A stretch of 64,000 bases of DNA from Acutalibacteraceae bacterium (GCA_045602945.1 JAZSCM010000003.1:29647-93646); one strand, 5' to 3'; positions 39,170 through 46,589 are shown, counted from the stretch's first letter. Program-made: numbers and translations. Notes: generated from the sequence alone by a model not told the origin.

Positions 39170-39943
39170 TTAAAGATTTAAATGCATACGTGCCGCATCG
39201 TCCTGACCTGCAAATTTATCAGCAACGTCCTCAAGTGCAGGATAATATCCTAAGGAAGGAGGAGTAAACTGTAAAGGTGCCGCCCAACGAATAGCGTTTG
39301 TAAGAATTTTTGTGATATCGTCACGGTAATATGTTGGATATTCCTCGTGACCGGGACGGAAATAAAACACCTTGCCGAGTCCACGCTTCCAACAGCAACC
39401 GCTACGGAATACCTCACCGCCTGAGAACCAGCTCATAAATACTACCTCGTCAGGAGCAGGAATTTCAAAGCGCTCACCGTAGGTTTCCTCTTGCGGAAGC
39501 TCTATGTATTCAGGTAAACCCTCAGCAATAGGATGAGAAGGCTCAATAACCCAAATTCTTTCCTTTTCGTCATTTTCACGCCACTTTAAACGGCAAATTG
39601 TTCCCATAAGCAGTTTGAACGGCTTACAAAGGTGAGCAGAATGAAGCGGGATAAAGCCCATACCGTCAAGCACTCTGTTTTTTACCTTTTCTGCAATCTC
39701 GTCAGAAACGGTTTGATTTTCACGGTGCGACCACCACAAAAGTACGTCGGTATTTGCCAAAACCTCATCTGTGAGACCATGCTCGGGCATATCAAGTGTT
39801 GCGGTGCGAATTTCAAAATCAGCATTAGCAGAAAGCTTGGATGCTATAGCACCATGTATGCCGTCAGGATAAATTTTGCCAATTTTCTCATCTGTTCTTT
39901 CGTGAGAATACTCATTCCAAATAGTAACACGTATTTTTTTCAT
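39170..39943 (-). CDS. ThuA-domain protein
   Basis: 257 aa with VTIWNE..HE, GIHGAIA, TLD.PEHGLT.EVL..TDVL.WW.H, GG.EVFRSG and FYFRPGHE, typical of the ThuA family. Confidence 0.85.
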   Translation of the reverse strand: MKKIRVTIWNEYSHERTDEKIGKIYPDGIHGAIASKLSANADFEIRTATLDMPEHGLTDEVLANTDVLLWWSHRENQTVSDEIAEKVKNRVLDGMGFIPLHSAHLCKPFKLLMGTICRLKWRENDEKERIWVIEPSHPIAEGLPEYIELPQEETYGERFEIPAPDEVVFMSWFSGGEVFRSGCCWKRGLGKVFYFRPGHEEYPTYYRDDITKILTNAIRWAAPLQFTPPSLGYYPALEDVADKFAGQDDAARMHLNL

Positions 39944-40088
39944 AATCGGTCCTCCGTAAATAATTATACTGATTTAATTTTTAATGCGGTTGATTTACAG
40001 GAAAATTATAGCACACTTAAAACTGCTCTACAATGGAGTAAATCATATAAAAATAGTAACTTTCCGTAAATCATTTTAAATATATTAA

Positions 40089-40117
40089 TTGACTTTTTAG
40101 ACCGATTAAATTATAAT
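40089..40117 (+). promoter_or_regulatory. sigmaA promoter of the divergent AraC regulator
   Basis: TTGACT (40089-40094), 17-nt spacer, TATAAT (40112-40117), followed by an AAGGAGG SD. Confidence 0.6.
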
Positions 40118-40141
40118 AAAAAATGTAAGGAGGCGCTACGT

Positions 40142-40957
40142 ATGAAGGTTGTTGAATGGAAGGATTTGTATTTAACCGATTACAATTTATTTCGTCTAGC
40201 CGCTATAGATCAAATTTGGGATAACGGTCAAGAATTTCTTATGCTCTCAAAACCACGCCCCACCTCTGCGTTATTATATTTAAAGGACGCTCGTGCCGAA
40301 TATCTTTTGCCAAACGGTAAAACGATTTCTTTCCCAAAGGGAAGTCTGCTTTATTTTCCGCAGGAGTGTCGCTACCGCGCGAGATTTTATGCCAGCAGCG
40401 GACAAAAAGCTATCACAAAGCTAATAGAATTTGAATTGCGAGATGCGGACGGTCAGACCTTTGCCTGCAGTGATAAAATTATGCCGCTGATGTCGGATAA
40501 GCTAGGTTCTTTCGAGCAGGCAATTGACGAAGCTATTTTATGCTACAAGCAGTTATCCTTTTCTTTCGGCGCTTTTAAAACAATTCTTTATAATCTTTTG
40601 TCAAAAATTGCAAGACGTTACCAAAAGGAAGCTGTTTTTTCAAGAAAATACGTACCTATCGCACCCGCTATCCGTTATTTATTAGAAAATCCTTACGGCG
40701 ATGCCGACGTTCCGTCACTTGCTAAAATGTGTCACGTAAGCGAAAGCACTTTTAGAAATCTATTCAAGCTTTATTCAGGCAAAACTCCCTCAAGATACTG
40801 CCTTGATAACCGAATTTCAAGAGCAAAGCAGTTGCTTGAAAACGGTCTGTACTCGGTCGCTGAGGTAGCACTAATGGTAGGTTATAAGGACCCCGGTTAT
40901 TTCACCAAGGTTTTCAAGAGTGAAACTGGTGTTCTCCCCGGTCATTACGGCAAATAA
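40142..40957 (+). CDS. AraC-family transcriptional regulator
   Basis: 271 aa. C-terminal double HTH (..LA...H.S.S.F...FK...G.TP..Y....R...A..LL......V.E.A...GY.D..YF...FK). Divergent from the sugar cluster. Confidence 0.9.
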   Translation: MKVVEWKDLYLTDYNLFRLAAIDQIWDNGQEFLMLSKPRPTSALLYLKDARAEYLLPNGKTISFPKGSLLYFPQECRYRARFYASSGQKAITKLIEFELRDADGQTFACSDKIMPLMSDKLGSFEQAIDEAILCYKQLSFSFGAFKTILYNLLSKIARRYQKEAVFSRKYVPIAPAIRYLLENPYGDADVPSLAKMCHVSESTFRNLFKLYSGKTPSRYCLDNRISRAKQLLENGLYSVAEVALMVGYKDPGYFTKVFKSETGVLPGHYGK

Positions 40958-40984
40958 TTGTTATAAACCGACATATAATAAAAA

Positions 40985-41017
40985 ACACACAGGATAATTT
41001 AACCTGTGTGTTTTTTT
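40985..41017. terminator. bidirectional intrinsic terminator (AraC / XRE convergent pair)
   Basis: Stem ACACACAGG / CCTGTGTGT flanked by A5 and T7 runs. The XRE stop and its last codons lie inside it. Confidence 0.7.
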
Positions 41018-41244
41018 ATGTTTTCTTCATCGTTTTCAAAGAAATCGTTGGTACTGCATCCTAGTATTCTGGCTAGTTGCGGAAGAAAGAAAATGTCGGG
41101 ATAGCAAACGTTTTGCTCCCACTTACACACCGCCTGCGCTGATACGCCGATAAGCTCTCCGAATTCTTTTTGTGTTAATTTGTTTTTATTTCTATATTCT
41201 TTAATTTTTTTAGCAATTGAAATATGATACGTTGGTATATTCAC
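40999..41244 (-). CDS. XRE-family HTH transcriptional regulator (HTH domain only)
   Basis: 81 aa with a GTG start 9 nt after AAAGGAGCG. HTH_3 pattern: LTQKEFGELIGVSAQAVCKWE. Confidence 0.85.
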   Translation of the reverse strand: MNIPTYHISIAKKIKEYRNKNKLTQKEFGELIGVSAQAVCKWEQNVCYPDIFFLPQLARILGCSTNDFFENDEENIKKHTG

Positions 41245-41276
41245 AGCACTCTACGCTCCTTTGCGTTTAAACTTAG

Positions 41277-41307
41277 CTAAAAATCGTCCGTTTTTTATGG
41301 GACGATT
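41277..41307 (-). terminator. second (weaker) terminator-like hairpin in front of the XRE gene
   Basis: Stem AATCGTCC / GGACGATT, 10-nt loop, T4 on the minus strand. It ends about 15 nt from the XRE SD. Confidence 0.4.
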
Positions 41308-41310
41308 CTG

Positions 41311-41347
41311 TATAAAAAACAAAATGCGCATCCATATCGGATGCGCA
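41311..41347 (-). terminator. intrinsic terminator after the sORF / island operon
   Basis: 9-bp stem TGCGCATCC / GGATGCGCA, 5-nt loop, followed on the minus strand by TTTTGTTTTTT. Confidence 0.7.
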
Positions 41348-41366
41348 AAATAAGTTAAAAACCTGA

Positions 41367-41444
41367 TTACAAGATAGAAATTTCGGCAATCAACACAGCA
41401 TCGGATATGTTCTTATACAGAATCGTCATATTCATTTTTGTCAT
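41367..41444 (-). CDS. candidate 25-codon sORF (MTKMNMTILYKNISDAVLIAEISIL)
   Basis: Hand-translated and below the track cutoff. The ATG is preceded by AAAGGATGGTGA, with its own consensus promoter upstream and a terminator 20 nt downstream. Confidence 0.4.
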   Translation of the reverse strand: MTKMNMTILYKNISDAVLIAEISIL

Positions 41445-41479
41445 ATTGATCACCATCCTTTCTAATTTAGTATGTGAAC

Positions 41480-41508
41480 ATTATATTGCGTTTTACAGCA
41501 TTTGTCAA
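41480..41508 (-). promoter_or_regulatory. consensus sigmaA promoter driving the sORF (and possibly XRE by read-through)
   Basis: Minus strand reads TTGACA (41508-41503), exactly 17 nt, TATAAT (41485-41480). Confidence 0.65.
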
Positions 41509-41558
41509 TTAACTGTTGGTTTAATACACAAATTATTTTTTCAAGTTAAATAACACCA

Positions 41559-42098
41559 TTAATTCAGCTTCTCAAAATTTTTAAGTTTCACTTGATTATA
41601 GGCGTATTCTCTTATCGAATTATCGGTTGTCCTATCGGAAAGTAGTAATAAAATACAATCCTCGCCGTTTGCAACTATTAACGCCCTCTTATTTGAATTT
41701 TGCAAGTTCACGTATTGTTCTTCTGATAGTTCGTATTCATCACTAAATTTTGCTTCGAAACCCAGTGATGAATATACGTCCTTGCTTATCAAGTAGTTTG
41801 ATAAAATCTCATTAATTTTTGTTTTATCCTTAAATTTAATTTGCAGTTCGATACTTGTGTCTTTTAACCCTGATATATATTCAAGTGAAACAAATTCAAG
41901 CGTGTCATCTGCCGTAATATCAAAATAGGAAGATATCTCACTCTTGTTTTCTGCGGTAAACAAAGTTATTTTTATTCCTTTTTCTAATATGCTATTCGTC
42001 TCTATATAAGAAACCAAAGCGTTTATAACTAATACCGTAAGCACAACAGCAATTGCGCATATTAACACTAAAATTAATTTTCTGCGTTTTTGCACCAT
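41559..42098 (-). CDS. hypothetical membrane-anchored protein
   Basis: 179 aa with a single N-terminal TM (LILVLICAIAVVLTVLVINALV). No family recognised. Confidence 0.7.
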   Translation of the reverse strand: MVQKRRKLILVLICAIAVVLTVLVINALVSYIETNSILEKGIKITLFTAENKSEISSYFDITADDTLEFVSLEYISGLKDTSIELQIKFKDKTKINEILSNYLISKDVYSSLGFEAKFSDEYELSEEQYVNLQNSNKRALIVANGEDCILLLLSDRTTDNSIREYAYNQVKLKNFEKLN

Positions 42099-42100
42099 AT

Positions 42101-42556
42101 TTACACCTCAGACGATTTGGCTTTGATTTTTCTTGCGATAAAATAAGTTGCATAAAACAACAGCATAATTATTGCAAAAATAACGAAAAATTCGCCATCG
42201 CTTGATATATTCAAACGCGCAAAAATTTTATCAGTTTCAAGCGGAATCAACATTTCAAATGGTATTAGAATTATTAGAGCTAATGCCTCCATAACAAAGG
42301 TTTTGAATCCATCGGCAAATATTGCAAACGTAGTGAGCGCCAAAACTAAGGAAAAATAAACGGAAGTAATAATTAAAAACCTTTTGCTTTTTGAAAAAAC
42401 TGCCGCTGTAAAAAGCAGAGATATGAATGTTAACAGCGAGAATATTAAATGCAAAACAGGATGCTCTGCAAATTCGGGATATGGGAAATTGCAAGTGCAT
42501 AAACTTAAAATTAAAAATACTGTTAAAACAACTAATGAAAATATTTTCTTTAACAT
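42101..42556 (-). CDS. hypothetical integral membrane protein
   Basis: 151 aa, about 4 TM segments. The next gene downstream starts 2 nt after its stop. Confidence 0.7.
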   Translation of the reverse strand: MLKKIFSLVVLTVFLILSLCTCNFPYPEFAEHPVLHLIFSLLTFISLLFTAAVFSKSKRFLIITSVYFSLVLALTTFAIFADGFKTFVMEALALIILIPFEMLIPLETDKIFARLNISSDGEFFVIFAIIMLLFYATYFIARKIKAKSSEV

Positions 42557-42572
42557 ATAATACTTTCCCTTC

Positions 42573-42998
42573 TTATTTCTTTATAGTAATTAACAATGTA
42601 GGCGTTCCGCAATAATCGTCATATTCATCATACAACTTTTGAGCTAATTCGCTGAGTGAAACCTCCATAATTTTGCAATCACTTAAAATCGGGTAACCCT
42701 CGTCGCAAATACACAGTTTAATAAGTGTCGGCTTCATTAGTGAAAATATTTGCTCGAAAAATTTTTGCACAAGCTCCATGCGCTCATAAAGCGGCAAAAT
42801 TTCTACTATAGGTAATCCTCTTAAATCCCCTGTACCATAATATTTTGGAGCAAAAAGATACTCAGCAGTATTATCTTTTGGTCCGTCACTAAGCTCAAAC
42901 GCTTTAAAATATAAACCATCTTGAGATAAAAGTTTATCTAAAACCCTATGCGTAACTTCGCAGACCTCATCTTCTGTACGTATATGACAACCTGACAT
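42573..42998 (-). CDS. hypothetical cytoplasmic protein (possibly 5'-truncated by a frameshift)
   Basis: 141 aa. The ATG has no SD. An SD-preceded 22-codon ORF (43007-43075) ends 8 nt upstream in another frame. Confidence 0.6.
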   Translation of the reverse strand: MSGCHIRTEDEVCEVTHRVLDKLLSQDGLYFKAFELSDGPKDNTAEYLFAPKYYGTGDLRGLPIVEILPLYERMELVQKFFEQIFSLMKPTLIKLCICDEGYPILSDCKIMEVSLSELAQKLYDEYDDYCGTPTLLITIKK

Positions 42999-43100
42999 AC
43001 TGAAATTTATTTTTTCGGCTTCGTTTTTTCTTGCTCACTAGAAAAAATCAACCTGCCAAATGATAACAAACTCATATTTTTTTATCCCTCTCTAATCCCA

Positions 43101-43550
43101 TCAGGCTCCGCCTTGTATCGGTACTATTAATCCTATTGTTTTTGCATACTCGTATACCGACGAATTATTAACCTTTTTTAATTTGTAGATTTCTTCATCG
43201 TTTTCAGAATTTAAAATCATTGTATTTCTTTTAAATTCAACCGCATATTTGTCAAGTTCAGTATTTTCAGCTTCGCTAACGGAATTATTTGAGAAATAAA
43301 ACGTAATAACGTTTTCTTGAAAGTCGTATTTATAATGTGGCGATGGAAATAGTTCGCCTGTGCCATCATCTAAAACTTCAATTTTAAATAAACGAAACTT
43401 TTCATCACTTATAAATTCTATACCCTGCAATTTATCTGTTTTAAAAATCCATATTGTATTTGCAAGTTTATCTTTACCCTGAGAATTATCTGAGCAACCG
43501 GACAAAAGTAAAATCGAAAGTGCTAAAAAGCAACATAATATTTTTTTCAT
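43101..43550 (-). CDS. hypothetical lipoprotein (paralogue A)
   Basis: 149 aa with signal peptide and lipobox LLSGC. It is a close paralogue of 44157-44612. Confidence 0.8.
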   Translation of the reverse strand: MKKILCCFLALSILLLSGCSDNSQGKDKLANTIWIFKTDKLQGIEFISDEKFRLFKIEVLDDGTGELFPSPHYKYDFQENVITFYFSNNSVSEAENTELDKYAVEFKRNTMILNSENDEEIYKLKKVNNSSVYEYAKTIGLIVPIQGGA

Positions 43551-43613
43551 AAAACCACCCGTATTTTTCTAATTTTATCTAGGAAAAACTATATTAGTTT
43601 TGCTTAATCCTTA

Positions 43614-44111
43614 TTATACACAACACAGGGGACAGTCCCCTGTGTTTTTTATAAAGTATTGCGTATTCACCCCATAACCACAAAAACACACTCTATACCA
43701 ATTAGCACTCGTCTTTTTTATAGACAACTCTGCATAATAATAATGGGTTTCATAATCATCATACATCCAACAAATAGAAGTATCTACACCAACTTCTCCT
43801 TTAATTGCTGATTCTATATTTTCCTGAGACCACTTCTGTTCATCAAAAACACTATACATATCATCAGCACAAATATCAAAAATTACTGTTAGGTATGGAT
43901 TTCTTTCTGCAAAATCTTTATACTCAGCTTTAACAAGTTTAGCCGTACTAGACAAAAAAACCCCATATTGTTCCGACAACACACCTGTTAATTCAGTATT
44001 GATTTCAGAATATGATTTATTGCATGAACAACAAAAAATCATAATAAACAAAATACTTAAAATCCATTTGAAGTAATTTTTGAATTTACACATACGTCCA
44101 ATTCGCTCCAT
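43614..44111 (-). CDS. hypothetical exported protein flanked by palindromes P2 and P1
   Basis: 165 aa with an N-terminal hydrophobic segment ending in CCSC. The start lies 5 nt from P2 and has no SD. Codons NTGDCPLC near the C-terminus (...NTGDCPLCCV) are encoded by P1. Confidence 0.6.
   Translation of the reverse strand: MERIGRMCKFKNYFKWILSILFIMIFCCSCNKSYSEINTELTGVLSEQYGVFLSSTAKLVKAEYKDFAERNPYLTVIFDICADDMYSVFDEQKWSQENIESAIKGEVGVDTSICWMYDDYETHYYYAELSIKKTSANWYRVCFCGYGVNTQYFIKNTGDCPLCCV
43622..43646. repeat. palindrome P1: AACACAGGGGAC-A-GTCCCCTGTGTT
   Basis: Read directly. 12-bp arms, followed by T6 on the plus strand. Confidence 0.95.
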
Positions 44112-44115
44112 TGCC

Positions 44116-44145
44116 CGGACACAGGGGACGGTCCCCTGTGTGATA
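44116..44145. repeat. palindrome P2 (30-mer CGGACACAGGGGACGGTCCCCTGTGTGATA)
   Basis: Read directly. Identical 30-mer to P3 and P4. Confidence 0.95.
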
Positions 44146-44156
44146 CTATTTTTTCA

Positions 44157-44612
44157 CTATGCTCCGCCTTGTATCGGTACTATTAATCCTATTGTTTTGG
44201 CATACTCGTATACGGATGAACAATTAACCTTTTTTAATTTGTAGGTTTCATCATCATTTTCAGAATTTAAAATCATTGTATTTCTTTTAAATTTAACCGT
44301 ATATTTGTCAAGTTCAGTATCTTCTGCTTCGCTAACGGAATTATTTAAGGAATAAAAGGTAAGAACATTGTCTTGAAAAACATATTTATCGAGTGGCATT
44401 GGAATAAGTTCGCCTGTGCCATCACCTAAATCTGCAATTACCAAATTACGACAATATCCGTCGTCAGTAAATTCTATACCTCGCAATTTATCTGTTTTGA
44501 AAATCCATATCGTGTTTGAAAGTTTATTTTTGCCCTGTGAATTATCTGAGCAACCGGACAAAAGTAAAATCGAAAGCGCCAAAAAGCAACATAAAAATTT
44601 TTTCTTTAACAT
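44157..44612 (-). CDS. hypothetical lipoprotein (paralogue B)
   Basis: 151 aa counted from ATG 44612 (AGGAG 11 nt upstream; the track start is 44621). Lipobox LLSGC. Confidence 0.8.
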   Translation of the reverse strand: MLKKKFLCCFLALSILLLSGCSDNSQGKNKLSNTIWIFKTDKLRGIEFTDDGYCRNLVIADLGDGTGELIPMPLDKYVFQDNVLTFYSLNNSVSEAEDTELDKYTVKFKRNTMILNSENDDETYKLKKVNCSSVYEYAKTIGLIVPIQGGA

Positions 44613-44626
44613 ATTATACATATCTC

Positions 44627-45385
44627 CTATTTTTTCACAACGCTGCTAAAGGGATTTAGGTTATCAAAATATATTAGCTTTAATTTATTCTGTTCTATAA
44701 GCGCCATTATTCTCAAAGCAATAAAATACGGACCGATACCTAGTCTATACTTATTTGAAACAGTCACAATAACGTCGGCAACTATATTTTTCTCCTTTGT
44801 GATACTGTCAAGAATAAAACCGTCATAGAAGTTTTCATCTACCGAGATTATAGAGCCGTTAACTACTGCTCGCATTTTAGCGTTTTCATTTTTAAGCCTT
44901 GTCCACATATCGCTGTAAAACTGTTTGATATTTAAGTTAAGCTTTTGCTCGAGTGGCAAAAACTCGCAATATTTATCACTTGGCACCAAAGACCAACTTA
45001 AACATTCCTCAGGTAAATCTATATACGATATTTCACATTCTTTATCCTTTAAGAGATAGCACGTATATGCAAACGCGCATAGATTATGCGGTTCACGGCT
45101 TTTCCAGATGCGTATAGATTGATGAGTTTCGGCTAACTTTAACAATCGAAATTTATCGTTTTCTTGTCCTTTAAAAAACTCATAAATCTCACGCTTTGAA
45201 GGTTTAAATTGAAACTCCAGTTTATCAAAAACTTCTTTTCGGTCTTGCATACTTTCGTCATTAGCAATCGGTCCGATATCTAAGGCGTAGCCGATACACA
45301 GCACGTTATCAAATTCGTTACTCTCTGACATTTCCATATTTCTTTTGGTAAGTTCATCAAAAACTACATTAAACATAGCATACAC
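44627..45385 (-). CDS. DUF1835 / DUF3658 domain protein
   Basis: 252 aa (GTG 45385) or 249 aa (ATG 45376). IRIWKSREPHNLCAFAYTCYLL is DUF1835-like and VVNGSIISVDENFYDGFIL is DUF3658-like. This is recall, not searched. Confidence 0.7.
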   Translation of the reverse strand: MYAMFNVVFDELTKRNMEMSESNEFDNVLCIGYALDIGPIANDESMQDRKEVFDKLEFQFKPSKREIYEFFKGQENDKFRLLKLAETHQSIRIWKSREPHNLCAFAYTCYLLKDKECEISYIDLPEECLSWSLVPSDKYCEFLPLEQKLNLNIKQFYSDMWTRLKNENAKMRAVVNGSIISVDENFYDGFILDSITKEKNIVADVIVTVSNKYRLGIGPYFIALRIMALIEQNKLKLIYFDNLNPFSSVVKK

Positions 45386-45407
45386 GACCTAAAGTAATAT
45401 TTTTATC
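45375..45407. repeat. 33-nt direct repeat, copy 1 (carries the leader and start of the DUF1835 gene)
   Basis: ATAGCATACACGACCTAAAGTAATATTTTTATC, 31/33 identical to 45522-45554. Confidence 0.9.
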
Positions 45408-45490
45408 CCGCAAGATACCCGCTTGTAAAACAACTCCTCATTGCCAAACAAAATTCAAGTAAAAACGGGAAAGTTAGTATAAGTGTTAAA

Positions 45491-45524
45491 GTCGGACACA
45501 GGGGACGGTCCCCTGTGTGATATA
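45491..45524. repeat. palindrome P3 (34-mer GTCGGACACAGGGGACGGTCCCCTGTGTGATATA)
   Basis: Read directly. Identical 34-mer to P4. Confidence 0.95.
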
Positions 45525-45554
45525 GCATACACGACCTAAAATAAAATTTTTATC
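45522..45554. repeat. 33-nt direct repeat, copy 2 (abuts P3)
   Basis: ATAGCATACACGACCTAAAATAAAATTTTTATC. The ATG of copy 1 is replaced here by AT plus the palindrome. Confidence 0.9.
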
Positions 45555-45574
45555 TATAAGCAATTTAAGATTTA

Positions 45575-46564
45575 TCAAAACAATCCAGCAATAGTTGAAC
45601 AAATTATAGCGAAGCACGGAAAAGTGATTATAGTTGCTAAAACATCTATAATTATGCCTTTGATTTTTAAATCCTTTTTTTGCTCTTTAAAGTATAAAAC
45701 GATTGATATTATAACAGCAAAGAGTGAAAGAAAACCTACAACAATGCTTGTCGGATATCCTATAGGGCTGAATCTGATTCGGTTTGTAGCTACTGTTACG
45801 AACCAAAAAAGTAACGATGCAAATCCTAATCCACCAAAAAATGAGGTGGACAATGTTAAAAGGCTACTTTTTTTGGTACAGTTTGCAAAAATAGTTTTTC
45901 TAAAAATTAAGCCTAACAGACCGATTAATAACAAAGTCATTCCAAAAACAATTCTATAGAATGCATTTTCAAAAAGTGAGAAGCGTAAAGCGTGGAAGAC
46001 AGTTTGCTCGTCTGCTCCGCCTATTATTGGAATATTTCCATTTTCTTTGCTGTAAATTAAAGCCGATATGATTGTAATAACTATGGTTAAAATTACAATT
46101 GCAGATCCTAAGACGGTTGCTGTAATAGAAGATATTTTAAAAGTTTTAATTTTTCCGCTGTCGGTTTTTATCTTTTTTATAATGCGGTCTTTAAATCTTC
46201 TAAAGCCTTTATATGAAGCTATAAAGGTAACAATCGCCACTATGCAATAAGAAATTAAAGCAAAATGCTGTAAAGATACCTCTAACGCAAACTCTAAGTG
46301 AAATCTTGAATGATCCCATTTACCCCAAAAACCTACAGCAAACATCGAAACAAAAAGGGATATCGGCATAATAAAGGTCATTAAATAGTCGAATTTTTTA
46401 TTAGTTGGACTAAAAAAGCCGAAAACAGCAGATGCGATTATACAGACAAAGGCCAACAAAAAAATTGATAAAGACAGCAATCCCCATTTGTCAAACACGC
46501 TACACACCATCATTAACGCAGGTGTAACTATAAACGGCATTATGTAATATAAAAATTTTTTCAT
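45575..46564 (-). CDS. hypothetical polytopic membrane protein
   Basis: 329 aa, about 9-10 TM segments. SD AAAGGAGGAATTTT-ATG. Confidence 0.75.
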   Translation of the reverse strand: MKKFLYYIMPFIVTPALMMVCSVFDKWGLLSLSIFLLAFVCIIASAVFGFFSPTNKKFDYLMTFIMPISLFVSMFAVGFWGKWDHSRFHLEFALEVSLQHFALISYCIVAIVTFIASYKGFRRFKDRIIKKIKTDSGKIKTFKISSITATVLGSAIVILTIVITIISALIYSKENGNIPIIGGADEQTVFHALRFSLFENAFYRIVFGMTLLLIGLLGLIFRKTIFANCTKKSSLLTLSTSFFGGLGFASLLFWFVTVATNRIRFSPIGYPTSIVVGFLSLFAVIISIVLYFKEQKKDLKIKGIIIDVLATIITFPCFAIICSTIAGLF

Positions 46565-46589
46565 AAAATTCCTCCTTTTTAAGACTGGG

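Noticed and set aside
39632-40069. 145-aa plus-strand ORF over the thuA 5' end and control region
   Set aside because: It is antisense to ThuA and crosses the divergent promoter region. It has no SD.
43101-44621. A diversity-generating retroelement as the cause of the variable patch in the lipoprotein paralogues
   Set aside because: There is no reverse transcriptase and no template repeat in the window. The substitutions in the patch involve all four bases and indel-like rearrangement, not adenine-specific changes.
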